Origin: Minisyncoccota bacterium | GTDB lineage: Bacteria > Patescibacteriota > Minisyncoccia > Phycocordibacterales > JABAAK01 | Direction: 5' to 3' | Assembly: GCA_958295675.1 (NCBI GenBank) | Contig: OY282360.1 | Location: 358,394-422,393, forward strand | DNA: 64,000 bases | Shown here: in pieces, positions 29,433 through 39,065 of the stretch | Numbering within the stretch: the stretch's first letter is position 1 | How the letters are laid out: each line of letters opens with the position of its first letter | Position numbers and translations under genes: made by a program | Notes under the pieces: model-generated | What the model saw: the letters and a program-made list of their open reading frames with translations, nothing else | What the model was told of the DNA's origin: nothing | The model's database searches: none

Positions 29433-29641
29433 CCGAGTACCTCCTTCTTCGGTTCCTTTAGGATCAAAGACCCATCCTGATTCATAGTATTATATTTTAA
29501 GTGTATTGTCAATAAATAACTGAATATACTGATAGTATATTTTGTTTACAAATGGCAGAACGCAACACCACTTCAATGATCCAATTTCACTTGCCAATCT
29601 TCATCCTTCACAATGGTGTAATATATTTTCTAAAAAATGAA

Positions 29642-29664
29642 CCCCGAACATATAGTGTTCGGGG
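29642..29664. terminator. bidirectional hairpin terminator element, copy 4
   Basis: ccccgaaca-tata-gtgttcgggg. Confidence 0.5.
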
Positions 29665-29733
29665 TTTAGCGGAAACGCCGGTGAGTTCAGGTACGAATCA
29701 GGGTTTGCCTTTTATCAAGCAAGAACTGCACTT

Positions 29734-32103
29734 TTAGGAAACCGTCTGTCTTTTGAGATTCTCAACAGCCGTCTCTCGCACCCACGGATTCTTATCCTCC
29801 GCAAGCTTGGCAAGAACTTCTTTCGGTGTGTTCCGATGCTTGGCAACAGCCAACCGAATCCGCCAATACGCATCCTCAGCAAGTCGCACGAGTACTTCTA
29901 TGAGAACTTCCCTCGGTGTGTTCCGATGTTTGGTAACACTAAACCGCACCCACGCATTCTCATCCTCGGCAAGCTTGGTGAGAGCTTCTTTCGGTGTGTT
30001 CCGATGTTTGGTAACACTCAACCGCACCCACGCATTCTCATCCTCAGCAAGCTTGGTAAGAGCTTCTTTCGGTGTGTTCGGATGCTCGGCAACTTCCTGC
30101 CGCACCCACGCATTCTCATCCTCGGCAAGCTTGGTGAGAACTTCTTTCGGTGTGTTCCGCTGCTTAGCAACTTCCCGCCGCACCCACGGATTCTTATCCT
30201 CGGCAAGCATTTTAAGCACTTCCAAAGGTGTGTTTGGATTCATGGCGACACCTATTCGCACACCTGCATTCTCATCCTCGGCAAGCTTGGCAAGAATTTC
30301 TTTCGGTGTGTTCCGATGCTTAGCAACTTCCTGCCGCACCAACACATTTTCATCCTCAGCAAGTCGCATGAGTGCTTCTTCCGGTAAGTCCTTCCTCTTG
30401 GCAAGAGTCAACCGCACATCCAGATTTTTATTATCAGTAAGATGAATGAGATCTTCTTTCGGTGTGTCCCGATGTTTAGCAAAAGCCAACCAAACCCGCC
30501 AATTCTTATCCTCAGTAAGTCGCACGAGTGCTTCTTCCGGCAAGTCCTTCCTCTTGATAAGAGTAAGCTGCACATCCAGATTCTTATCCTCGGCAAGCTT
30601 GGTGAGAGCTTCTTTCGGTGTGTTCGGATGCTCGGCAACTTCCCGCCGAACCCGCCAATCCTTATCCTCAGCAAGTCGCACGAGTACTTCTTCCGGCAAG
30701 TCCTTCCTCTTGGGAAGAGTAAGCTGCACATCCAGATTCTTATCCTCGGCAAGTTTGATGAGAGCTTCTTTCGGTGTGTTCCGATGCTTAGCAACTTCCT
30801 GCCGCACCAACGCATTCTCATCCTCGGCAAGCTTGGTGAGAACTTCTTTTGATGCTTTCTTATACTTGGCAACAGCAAACCGAACCCGCCAATTCTTATC
30901 CTCAGCAAGTCGCACGAGTACTTCTTCCGGCAAGTCCTTCCTCTTGGGAAGAGTCAACCGCACATCCAGATTCTTATCCTCGGCAAGTTTGATGAGAGCT
31001 TCTTTCGGTGTGTTCCGATGATTAGCAACTTCCTGCCGCACCAACGCATTCTCATCCTCGGCAAGCTTGGTGAGAGCTTCTTTCGGTGTGTTCCGATGCT
31101 TGGCAACAGCCAACTGAATCCGCCAATCCTTATCCTCAGCAAGTCGCATGAGTGCTTCTTCCGGCAAGTCCTTCCTCTCGGTAAGAGTCAACCGCACATC
31201 CAGATTTTTATTACCAGTAAGATGAACGAGAGATTCTTTCGGTGTGTTCCGATGCTTGGCAACAGCCAACCGAACCCGCCAATTCTTATCCTTAGCAAGT
31301 CGCATGAGTGCTTCTTCCAGTAAGTCCTTCCTCCTGGTAAGAGCAAGCCGCACATCCAGATTTTTATCATCAGTAAAATGAACGAGAACTTTTCTCGGTG
31401 TGTTCCGATGCTTAGCAACTTCCTGCCGAACCCGCCAATCCTTATCCTCAGCAAGTCGCACGAGTACTTCTTCCGGCAAGTCCTTCCTCTTGGCAAGAGT
31501 CAACCGCACATTCTGTTTCTTATCCCCGGCAAGTTTGATGAGAGCTTCTTTCGGTGTGTTCGGATGCTCGGCAACTTCCCGCCGCCGCAGCCAATCCTTA
31601 TCTCCGGCAAGTTGCATGAGTACTTCTCTGAGAATTTCCCTCGGTGTGTTTCGATGTTTGGTAACACTCAACCGCACCCACGAATCCTTATCCCCGGCAA
31701 GTTTGATGAGAACTTCTCTCGGCGTGTTCCGATTCTTGGCAACTTCCCGCCGCACGGACCGATTCTTATCCTCGGCAAGTTTGATGAGAATTTCTCTCGG
31801 TGTGTTCCGATGCTCGGCAACAACCGACCGAACCGACCAATTCTCATCCTCAGCAAGTTTGATGAGAACTTCTTTTGGTGCGTTCCTATGCCTGGCAATT
31901 CTATCTCGCACAAACCAAAACGCATCTTCAGCAAGTCGCACGAGTACTTCTTCCGGCAGATCCTTTCTCTCGGCAAGAGTCAACCGCACCAGAAAATCCT
32001 TATCCCCGGCAAGTCGCATGAGTTTTTCATGAGATGTACAAGGGTCCTTGGCGGCTTTCAATCGTGCCACCACATTTCTCTTTCTCCTGCTCTTTCTACT
32101 CAT
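29734..32103 (-). CDS. giant LRV-repeat protein (~27 repeats)
   Basis: 789 aa of LAEDKNWRVRQEVAKHRNTPKEALIK-type 26-aa units. K/R-rich N-terminus. Confidence 0.65.
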   Translation of the reverse strand: MSRKSRRKRNVVARLKAAKDPCTSHEKLMRLAGDKDFLVRLTLAERKDLPEEVLVRLAEDAFWFVRDRIARHRNAPKEVLIKLAEDENWSVRSVVAEHRNTPREILIKLAEDKNRSVRREVAKNRNTPREVLIKLAGDKDSWVRLSVTKHRNTPREILREVLMQLAGDKDWLRRREVAEHPNTPKEALIKLAGDKKQNVRLTLAKRKDLPEEVLVRLAEDKDWRVRQEVAKHRNTPRKVLVHFTDDKNLDVRLALTRRKDLLEEALMRLAKDKNWRVRLAVAKHRNTPKESLVHLTGNKNLDVRLTLTERKDLPEEALMRLAEDKDWRIQLAVAKHRNTPKEALTKLAEDENALVRQEVANHRNTPKEALIKLAEDKNLDVRLTLPKRKDLPEEVLVRLAEDKNWRVRFAVAKYKKASKEVLTKLAEDENALVRQEVAKHRNTPKEALIKLAEDKNLDVQLTLPKRKDLPEEVLVRLAEDKDWRVRREVAEHPNTPKEALTKLAEDKNLDVQLTLIKRKDLPEEALVRLTEDKNWRVWLAFAKHRDTPKEDLIHLTDNKNLDVRLTLAKRKDLPEEALMRLAEDENVLVRQEVAKHRNTPKEILAKLAEDENAGVRIGVAMNPNTPLEVLKMLAEDKNPWVRREVAKQRNTPKEVLTKLAEDENAWVRQEVAEHPNTPKEALTKLAEDENAWVRLSVTKHRNTPKEALTKLAEDENAWVRFSVTKHRNTPREVLIEVLVRLAEDAYWRIRLAVAKHRNTPKEVLAKLAEDKNPWVRETAVENLKRQTVS

Positions 32104-32246
32104 GTATAATCCTCCCTTGGTTCAGTTTCTTCAGATAAGAGGCATTCTCTCATCACCGAGAATAGTATACTATGTTTTCTAAAAAAATAAACCTTAAAAA
32201 GATTATATAAAAAAATTCCACCAGCATTTCTACTAGTGGAGTGAGT

Positions 32247-32963
32247 TTAGAGCACTTCCGTAAAGAACCGTCTTTCAAACCAAGAAAGGATAGCCTGCAC
32301 CACTTGATCTCGTTCCAATGTACCGTCCAGGAATGCTTTTACAACTTTTATGAAAGCCAGAAACCAGAAATCCATTTCTACATCTTCGTTGGAAAGTAGG
32401 TCAGATGCTCCAATCTCTAGTTCTTGGACACTTGAGTAGACAGCTTGCCACGAATCTTTTGCATCTTCTTCAAATGTTTTAAGCATGGCAAGCCGTGCTT
32501 TGGTAAAATTCACTTCAAACTCAAGAAACATCACTCTAAGAGTAGAGGCAGAAATGCTCCTTTCTTTTTCGTAGTATTTTACAATTTCAAGAAGAAGTAT
32601 TAGTTCCTTCGGTATGTTTGAGTTTCTGTAGAGAAATTCAAGCACAATGGAGGACACCTTTTTCTCGTCTTTGGCAAGTTGCATCAGAATTTCAAAAGAT
32701 GCTTTTGGATTCTTGCCGACATTTCTTCGCACATACCAGTGCGTGTCTCCAGCGAGTTGCGTAAGAGATTTCACCGGCATGCTTGGGTGCTCAGCGGCAG
32801 CTGCCCGCACCCGCCAATCCTTGTCTCTGGCAAGCCGTACGAGAGATGCTACTGGTGTATCCGGATTCCTGGCTGCACGGCGTTGCACACGCCAATCATC
32901 GTCTTTTGCATACGCAATGAGCATTTTTTCCGGAACAGGTTCTCGCCGCGCAAAAACAAGCAT
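32247..32963 (-). CDS. LRV-repeat protein with unique C-terminal domain
   Basis: 238 aa: four LRV units then about 130 aa of non-repeat helical sequence. Confidence 0.6.
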   Translation of the reverse strand: MLVFARREPVPEKMLIAYAKDDDWRVQRRAARNPDTPVASLVRLARDKDWRVRAAAAEHPSMPVKSLTQLAGDTHWYVRRNVGKNPKASFEILMQLAKDEKKVSSIVLEFLYRNSNIPKELILLLEIVKYYEKERSISASTLRVMFLEFEVNFTKARLAMLKTFEEDAKDSWQAVYSSVQELEIGASDLLSNEDVEMDFWFLAFIKVVKAFLDGTLERDQVVQAILSWFERRFFTEVL

Positions 32964-33040
32964 TCAATACCTCCTTTTAGGTTTGTTTAGCATGAGACAA
33001 AATCTCCAAAGTAAGTATACCACTTTAGGATACATTTTTC

Positions 33041-33063
33041 AAAAAACAAACCCCAAACACATA
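33041..33063. terminator. bidirectional hairpin terminator element, copy 5
   Basis: ccccaaacac-ata-gtgtttgagg. Confidence 0.45.
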
Positions 33064-33083
33064 GTGTTTGAGGTTCTGATGAC

Positions 33084-33618
33084 TCAGGAAGAAGTCGATG
33101 ATGTATTCAGTTCTGCTCGTGCAGTAAGTCCTGTCCGCACAACCAAATTCTCATCCTCAGCAAGCAGCGTGGCTACCTCAGTCGGCAAAGTCATTTCTCC
33201 TGGCAAGAGCGGACCGTACCCGCCGATCCTTATCCTTAGCAAGCCGCATGGCTGCCTCAGTCGGCAAGTCATCTCTCCTGGCAAGAGCGGACCGTACCCG
33301 CCGATTCTTATCCTCAGCAAGCCACATGGCTACATTAGCCGGCAGGTCATCTCTCATGGCAAGAGAACGCCGAACAGACGCTTTTGCATCCTCAGCAAGC
33401 CGCATGGCTACTTCAGCAGGCAACTGCTTTCTCTTAGTAAGAAGAAGCCGTACACGCACCCCTCCATTCTCTGCAAGACGAACAAGTCTTTTTGATGAAG
33501 ATGATCTTACGGCAAGAATCTGCCACACAAGATCAAGCATCATTTTTCGGAACACATGCATGACCCAAATACCTCCTTTTAGGTTTGTTTGGAATGAGAG
33601 AAAACCTCTAAATAACAA
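33084..33618 (-). pseudogene. LRV-repeat gene split by a frameshift
   Basis: ORF 33178..33618 (LRV units) and ORF 33084..33320 (continuing ...LPTEVATLLAEDENLVVR) are in different frames. Confidence 0.45.
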
Positions 33619-33648
33619 TATACAATAATATATTCAGGTTTACAAGTT

Positions 33649-34293
33649 TCAAATAAAAGCAAGGATGTGGAGAGTGCCTTTGTGCAGTGCACCATGATAT
33701 ATCGCATCTCGTAAACTCTCTGCCACTTTCCTGCATTGTATTAAAGAATCATCCTTTGTATCTGTGGTGTCTGCAATACGATTATGCACATATTTTTCAA
33801 GATTCTGCAGCATGTGAAGGATTGTGACATGGCGTGTATTTTCTCCTTCTTCCCATATATCATCAATTATCTTCAGTCGATCTTTTGGAGATGCGTTAAT
33901 AAATTCCTTGAAGTCAGAAGATAATTTTGTGATATCCGTTTCTGTTATGTCGGTGATATAGCAGCGGGAAAGCAGGGTGTCCAGTACTTCTGTTCCGACA
34001 GGAAGACAAATAAAAAAATAGACACCTTTTTGAACATCCTCAACAATTTTTAAAAGAGCGTTTTGCGCCTGATGCGTGATGCCCGACGCGCTGATCACGA
34101 CTCTTCTGGTATCGTGACCGACTGATTGAAAGGCATAATCATGAAGCCAACGAATATCCTCAACACCGATTCTTTTTTCAGACCTAATGACATACAAATT
34201 ATCTTTTTCTCGTGATGTAATGTGTTCCGGTAAATCAGCGAAAATCAGGTATGCATGATGTTGCGGCTGATTGATAATCTTTTCAAAACCCAT
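33649..34293 (-). CDS. DNA polymerase III delta-prime-like clamp-loader subunit (degenerate, no P-loop)
   Basis: HAYLIF in place of a Walker A, ...AQNALLKIVE..., SRC motif. Confidence 0.4.
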   Translation of the reverse strand: MGFEKIINQPQHHAYLIFADLPEHITSREKDNLYVIRSEKRIGVEDIRWLHDYAFQSVGHDTRRVVISASGITHQAQNALLKIVEDVQKGVYFFICLPVGTEVLDTLLSRCYITDITETDITKLSSDFKEFINASPKDRLKIIDDIWEEGENTRHVTILHMLQNLEKYVHNRIADTTDTKDDSLIQCRKVAESLRDAIYHGALHKGTLHILAFI

Positions 34294-34313
34294 ACACTAT
34301 CATAATACCTCTT

Positions 34314-34949
34314 TTATTGTTCCGGTGCGCAGCGATTCACTACTTTAGCAATGGCGGCAAGTAAGTGATGCACATCATTTTCATCTTCAAGAGTGGTGCC
34401 GTATCGTGCCTGCAATTCCGTATTGATAGACATGCGCACTTCCGAAAGCGCAATTTCCTGCTCCTCATCACTCACATTTTGTAGAATCATTCTTTCTGTA
34501 AGATATTTTTCAACTAGTGTAGCATAGAGCGAGTCCACGGTAAGTAACATATCTCCATATTCCGGTAACGGGCATCCGGCAAGATGTGCAAGGACTTCCG
34601 GGCTTACCATACCACCGCATCGCATACTGTCAGGAAACTTCCATGTCGGGTATCCGGTTATTTGCTCGTCCTGACACACCTGCGTCTGTTCAGTACGATC
34701 GGGAGTTGAGCATTCCACATACAATAGTTTTTTACTTGCGGAAGAACCGAATGCCGTTTTTTGCTGCGCGCATACCGGACACCAAAATGCGCCGTAAAAG
34801 GTCACGCCGCGATCTTTCAGACACTGCGCCAATGCAGTGTATGCTTCTCGTTTCGGTGCATCAGCGCGGTCAAGAAACCACAAGCCGAAAATAATGGTAA
34901 CAATTAAAACAACTAAACCAACGGTATATACAACAATATGCCTTTCCAT
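34314..34949 (-). CDS. membrane-anchored thioredoxin-fold thiol-disulfide oxidoreductase (CPVC)
   Basis: N-terminal TM, then FYGAFWCPVCAQQK, which resembles the Trx-like domain associated with VKOR/DsbA-type proteins. Confidence 0.6.
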   Translation of the reverse strand: MERHIVVYTVGLVVLIVTIIFGLWFLDRADAPKREAYTALAQCLKDRGVTFYGAFWCPVCAQQKTAFGSSASKKLLYVECSTPDRTEQTQVCQDEQITGYPTWKFPDSMRCGGMVSPEVLAHLAGCPLPEYGDMLLTVDSLYATLVEKYLTERMILQNVSDEEQEIALSEVRMSINTELQARYGTTLEDENDVHHLLAAIAKVVNRCAPEQ

Positions 34950-34978
34950 AGAATTATGAAATATAATATAGCATGGTG

Positions 34979-36004
34979 TCAGCGGGCAAGCAATGTCTGT
35001 CTGTGAAAATTAAGATGCTCGGTCTGAATACTTTTACCGATACCGCGGATAACAGCGTGCTCGGGATGATCAGCAACTTGTACCGGTGCGTTTATATGTT
35101 TCTCAACCGCGCGATCAAGACCGTTAAGATTTGCTACGCCACCGGTCAAAATGACACCTTTTTCAAGTATGTCAGAAGTGAGTTCCGGTCGCGTTCCCTG
35201 GAATACGCTCGCGATAGTATCTAATATTTTTCTGACTTCTTCCTGTATTGCTTCAGCAACATCATTTGAATTAATATGTATAATACGCGGAAGATTATTG
35301 TTCATGTCACTTCCCTTTACCTTGATTCCTTTCGGAGTATCTGATACAGCCACTGTGCCTATTTTTTCTTTTACCTGTCTGGCGACATTTTCACTGATGA
35401 GTAAGTGGTAACGCTGTTGAATATGCCGGACAATTGATGTGTCCATATCATTGCCTCCCACTCTTTCAGAACGATAACTGCTCATACCGCCAAGGGAAAT
35501 AACCGCGGTTTCAGTTAATCCCGCACCGATATCCGTCACCATTCTGCCGCGCAATTCATCGCGGTGCATACCGACCCCGAATGCCGCAAGGATAGCATTC
35601 TGTTCGGTGAACACAGAACGCGCACCTGTTCGCTTACATGTTTGGATGGCAGCGCGCTGCTCCATACTGGTCGCACCGGTCGGTACACTGATGAGAATAT
35701 CGCTCCGAAAGAATCGCAGTATACCTTGCGCCTGTCGGATAGCGCTGTGTAAATATTTTTCGGCTATATGTTCATCCTGAATCGCACCGCGGGAAACGGT
35801 TGTATGGATATTAATATGATTCGGCGCGCGACCGACCATTTCTTCCGCGCATTCTCCGACACAAATAAGACGTTTTTTGCCGTCGCCTTCAAAGGCCAAT
35901 TTGCTTGGTTCGTCAAAGATAACGCCGCGGTATGGGATATAGATACGGGTCTGTGATGTACCCAAATCTATTCCAACATTACGGGAAAACGAAAAAAAAG
36001 ACAT
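34979..36004 (-). CDS. second MreB/Mbl-like actin homologue
   Basis: VGIDLGTSQT, DIGAGLTETAVISLGG, Hsp70/actin-fold phosphate motifs. Confidence 0.7.
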   Translation of the reverse strand: MSFFSFSRNVGIDLGTSQTRIYIPYRGVIFDEPSKLAFEGDGKKRLICVGECAEEMVGRAPNHINIHTTVSRGAIQDEHIAEKYLHSAIRQAQGILRFFRSDILISVPTGATSMEQRAAIQTCKRTGARSVFTEQNAILAAFGVGMHRDELRGRMVTDIGAGLTETAVISLGGMSSYRSERVGGNDMDTSIVRHIQQRYHLLISENVARQVKEKIGTVAVSDTPKGIKVKGSDMNNNLPRIIHINSNDVAEAIQEEVRKILDTIASVFQGTRPELTSDILEKGVILTGGVANLNGLDRAVEKHINAPVQVADHPEHAVIRGIGKSIQTEHLNFHRQTLLAR

Positions 36005-36061
36005 AAGGAGAGTATACCACAGAGCTTTTTTTGCCTGTAACTACAATGTTATATTGAATAT

Positions 36062-36337
36062 ATGGGCTCTTTAGATCAAGAGATAGACAGTTTTTTAAAG
36101 AATAAGAAAAATCCGACATCTCAACGGGCGCACCTCATTCAACAGGTGTGTGATACTCTTTTTGATGATACTCATTTCAAGAAGATATTGGGACAAACGC
36201 ACCAATTCACAGTTGCAGAAATACAGGAAATCTTTGAAGAAGCAAAAAATTGGGAAATAAATCCACAGGCACTTTTTTGGAAGTTGGTTCGGGAGAAACA
36301 GAGTGAGATACGCAAACAAATCACAGATTCAGCGTGA
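36062..36337 (+). CDS. small hypothetical helical protein
   Basis: 91 aa, no motifs. Confidence 0.3.
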   Translation: MGSLDQEIDSFLKNKKNPTSQRAHLIQQVCDTLFDDTHFKKILGQTHQFTVAEIQEIFEEAKNWEINPQALFWKLVREKQSEIRKQITDSA

Positions 36338-36345
36338 TATATATT

Positions 36346-36582
36346 CTACGCATTCATTTTTGAGGTCAGATATGCGATAATATCGTCGCTTTCATACATG
36401 GAGGTATCATTCTCGCTGTCAATAAGAAACGGTACCTGCTGCTTGCCGCCTTTAGCAATCAATGCATCAGCGTGTTCCTGATCCATAATATCTTTTAAAT
36501 CAACCGTGATATTATTTTCTTTAATGAATGCAAGAACTTTTTGGCAAAACGGGCAGGTTGATTTGTAGTACAGTGTATACAT
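36346..36582 (-). CDS. glutaredoxin (CPFC active site)
   Basis: 78 aa. YKSTCPFCQKV...GGKQQVPFLIDS. Confidence 0.75.
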   Translation of the reverse strand: MYTLYYKSTCPFCQKVLAFIKENNITVDLKDIMDQEHADALIAKGGKQQVPFLIDSENDTSMYESDDIIAYLTSKMNA

Positions 36583-36673
36583 GGTGAGATATAGGTGAAC
36601 TCAATAATAATACTTTAAGTATACCATAAAAACTTTCCAAAATAACACTCTAGTTTATGCTATACTCAATATA

Positions 36674-36745
36674 TCACTATATTCCGCGGTAGCTCAGCGG
36701 TAGAGCAACCGGCTGTTAACCGGTAGGTCGCAGGTTCGAATCCCG
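36674..36745 (+). tRNA. tRNA-Asn (anticodon GUU)
   Basis: Acceptor tccgcgg/ccgcgga, anticodon loop cuGUUaa, T-loop ttcgaat. Confidence 0.8.
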
Positions 36746-36851
36746 CCCGCGGAGCAATAACACAGATTTCACATTTTTTCAAAAAATGGTATATTATTTG
36801 TTAGAAAGGTTTCCTTTTCTGTTCATTTCAAACACACCAAAAGGAGGTTTT

Positions 36852-37139
36852 ATGAACCTACACCCACCACCGAAAATGGTTGGAATGCTGATACCACAAA
36901 ACCGTATGCTTCGGCTTTGGGAGAAGTTGAAGCAGTGTGCTGTGACGACCTTTCATCTCATCACACTCCGTAGGTGGATGCGGCCCGACGTTTACGTTGC
37001 TCGCAACTACAGCATACCACCGGAAGTGCTTGCACAACTGGCAAGGGATCCGGATGCGGTTACTCGGCAGATAGTTGCTCACCGCACCGTACCACCAGAA
37101 GTCCTTGCAAGATTGACGGACGATAAGGTTTCTCCCTGA
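36852..37139 (+). CDS. short LRV-type protein carrying the shared N-terminal module (MLRLWEKLKQ...ITLRR)
   Basis: ATG after AAGGAGG. Two IPPEVLAQLARDPDAVTRQIVAHRTVPPEVL units. Ends ...LTDDKVSP. Confidence 0.55.
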   Translation: MNLHPPPKMVGMLIPQNRMLRLWEKLKQCAVTTFHLITLRRWMRPDVYVARNYSIPPEVLAQLARDPDAVTRQIVAHRTVPPEVLARLTDDKVSP

Positions 37140-37149
37140 GTCGTCAGAA

Positions 37150-37172
37150 CCCCAAACACACAGTGTTTGGGG
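37150..37172. terminator. bidirectional hairpin terminator element, copy 6
   Basis: ccccaaacac-aca-gtgtttgggg plus T-tract. Confidence 0.55.
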
Positions 37173-37276
37173 TTTATTTTTTAAATAACTTAAAAATTAT
37201 AGTTAAAAGATGTATACTTGGGTGGGAGAAAATCCCTAACCACCCCTAACCGAGTCGAAATGAAGGAGGTCCGATA

Positions 37277-37777
37277 ATGGGCATAGCCCTGCTAGAAAAT
37301 TTGTTGCAGAAGCAAGTTTTCAAAGAAATAGACTCAAACGCAACATCAGTTGAAGTGCTTGCATCATTGGTGTCACTGACATTAGATGAGTTCATTGCGA
37401 CCAGAGACCCGAACACATCGAAAAAGACGCTTGCACGACTTGCAAACAGTGACAATCTGCTCGTTCAGATACTTGTTGCCAAACATCCGAACACATCACC
37501 AGAAACTCTCAAGCAGTTTGTTGAGATGGTGAAACAGGGCAAACAGTTTGGAACTGAAATTCAGTTTCTTCTGCAAATACCTCTCATCCAAAATCAAAAT
37601 ACGCCTTCGGAAGCACTCGCGTTTTTTGCCGAGAGTGAGAACGAGGATGTACGGTGTGCCGTTGCCAGAAATCCGAACACACCGCCGGAAGTTCTCCTCA
37701 AACTTAAGGAGGATAGGAGTTTACTCGTGCAGCAGTATGCCGAAGAGAACCCAAACACACCGTTGACTTCTCCCTGA
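37277..37777 (+). CDS. LRV-repeat protein
   Basis: 166 aa. GAAGGAGG RBS. ...DVRCAVARNPNTPPEVLLKL.... Confidence 0.65.
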   Translation: MGIALLENLLQKQVFKEIDSNATSVEVLASLVSLTLDEFIATRDPNTSKKTLARLANSDNLLVQILVAKHPNTSPETLKQFVEMVKQGKQFGTEIQFLLQIPLIQNQNTPSEALAFFAESENEDVRCAVARNPNTPPEVLLKLKEDRSLLVQQYAEENPNTPLTSP

Positions 37778-37786
37778 GTCGTCAGA

Positions 37787-37809
37787 ACCCCAAACACACA
37801 GTGTTCGGG
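37787..37809. terminator. bidirectional hairpin terminator element, copy 7
   Basis: ccccaaacacacagtgttcgggg. Confidence 0.55.
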
Positions 37810-37827
37810 GTTTATTTTTTAAATAAC

Positions 37828-37855
37828 TTGAAAATTATAGTTTAAATGGTATCTT
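37828..37855 (+). promoter_or_regulatory. cassette promoter TTGAAA / 16 nt / TGgTATCTT (representative; repeated before each family-A gene)
   Basis: Same sequence near 38160, 39090, 40100, 42780 and 43980. Confidence 0.4.
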
Positions 37856-37862
37856 GTTTGTT

Positions 37863-37880
37863 AGAAAGGTTTCCCTTTCT
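37863..37880 (+). promoter_or_regulatory. conserved 5'-UTR stem-loop agaaagg-tttc-cctttct (representative)
   Basis: Present in every family-A leader and in the leader of 36852..37139. Confidence 0.4.
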
Positions 37881-37913
37881 GTTCGTTTCAAACACACCAA
37901 AAGGAGGTGTTTT

Positions 37914-38090
37914 GTGAATCAAAAGATGTACCGGATCCGTGAGAAGATACAGCACACTGATGATGATTTAGATCTCAGCAACCTCACCTCCGCGAAAGGA
38001 CTCACCTTGCCGAGGAAGATTGGTGGTGATCTGGTTCTCAGCGGTCTCAGAATACCACCGGAAGAAGTCTTTAAGTCCTTGCAAGATTGA
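37914..38090 (+). CDS. family-A mini-gene (single 22-aa repeat)
   Basis: GTG after AGGAGG. VNQKMYRIREKIQHTDDDLDLSNLTSAKGLTLPRKIGGDLVLSGLRIPPEEVFKSLQD. Confidence 0.45.
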   Translation: MNQKMYRIREKIQHTDDDLDLSNLTSAKGLTLPRKIGGDLVLSGLRIPPEEVFKSLQD

Positions 38091-38123
38091 TGGACGATAA
38101 GGTTTCTCCCTGAGTCGTCAGAA

Positions 38124-38146
38124 CCCCAAACATATAGTGTTTGGGG
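38124..38146. terminator. bidirectional hairpin terminator element, copy 8
   Basis: ccccaaacatatagtgtttgggg. Confidence 0.5.
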
Positions 38147-38251
38147 TTTGTTTTTAAACAATTTGAAAACATAGTTAAAAAAAATGGTATATTATTTGTT
38201 GGAAAGATTCCCCTTTCTGTTTATTTCAAACACACCAAAAGGAGGTGTTTT

Positions 38252-38968
38252 GTGGATCCACACATGTCTCGGCTCCGTAGGAATATACAGCACGTTGATG
38301 ATAATTTAGATCTCAGCAATCTCACCTCCGCGAAAGGACTCACGCTACCTGAAGAGATTGTTGGTGATCTGAATCTCAGCGGTCTTGTCTCCGCTGAGGG
38401 ACTCACCCTGCCGAGGAAGATTGGTGGTGATCTGCGGCTCAACGGTCTCACCTCCGCTGAAGGACTCACGCTACCTGAAGAGATTGGTGGTCATCTGGAT
38501 CTCAGAGATCTCACCTCCGCGAAAGGACTCACGCTACCTGAAGAGATTGGTGGCAGTCTGGTTCTCAGCGGTCTCACCTCCGCTGAGGGACTCACCCTGC
38601 CGAGGAAAATTGGTGGTGGTCTGTTTCTCAGCGGTCTCAAGTCCGCGAAAGGACTCACGCTACCTGAAGAGATTGGTGGTGATCTGTGGCTCATCGGTCT
38701 CACCTCCGCGAAAGGACTCACGCTACCTGAAGAGATTAGTGGCAGTCTGTGGCTCGACAATCTCACCTCCGCGAAAGGACTCACGCTACCTGAAGAGATT
38801 AGTGGCAGTCTGTGGCTCGACAATCTCACCTCCGCGAAAGGACTCACCCTGCCGAGGAAAATTGGTGGCATTTTGTTTCTCAGCGGACTCACCTCCGCTG
38901 AGGGACTTACACTCCCTGAAGAGATTGGTGGTTATCTGTGGATCGGAGGAAGGAAGGTACAGCATTAG
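38252..38968 (+). CDS. family-A 22-aa tandem-repeat protein (about 10 repeats)
   Basis: GTG after AGGAGG. VDPHMSRLRRNIQHVDDNLDLSNL then LTSAKGLTLPEEIGGxLxLxGL units. Confidence 0.65.
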   Translation: MDPHMSRLRRNIQHVDDNLDLSNLTSAKGLTLPEEIVGDLNLSGLVSAEGLTLPRKIGGDLRLNGLTSAEGLTLPEEIGGHLDLRDLTSAKGLTLPEEIGGSLVLSGLTSAEGLTLPRKIGGGLFLSGLKSAKGLTLPEEIGGDLWLIGLTSAKGLTLPEEISGSLWLDNLTSAKGLTLPEEISGSLWLDNLTSAKGLTLPRKIGGILFLSGLTSAEGLTLPEEIGGYLWIGGRKVQH

Positions 38969-39042
38969 TGTTGCTATAAGCAACCCACCACCGGAAGTCC
39001 TTGCAACATTGATGGACGATAAGGTTTCTCCCTGAATCGTCA

Positions 39043-39065
39043 GAACCCCGAACATTATGTGTTCG
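39043..39065. terminator. bidirectional hairpin terminator element, copy 9
   Basis: ccccgaacattatgtgttcgggg. Confidence 0.5.

Larger units (their letters stand above)
26850..33650 (-). repeat. array of six paralogous LRV-repeat (leucine-rich repeat variant) protein genes with highly repetitive 78-90-bp coding periodicity
   Basis: Repeated LAEDxxWxVRxxVAxHxNTPxEVLxK units. DNA-level near-identical repeats (e.g. ttatcctcagcaagtcgcacgagtacttcttccggcaagtccttcctctt many times in 29.8-32.0 kb). Confidence 0.7.
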
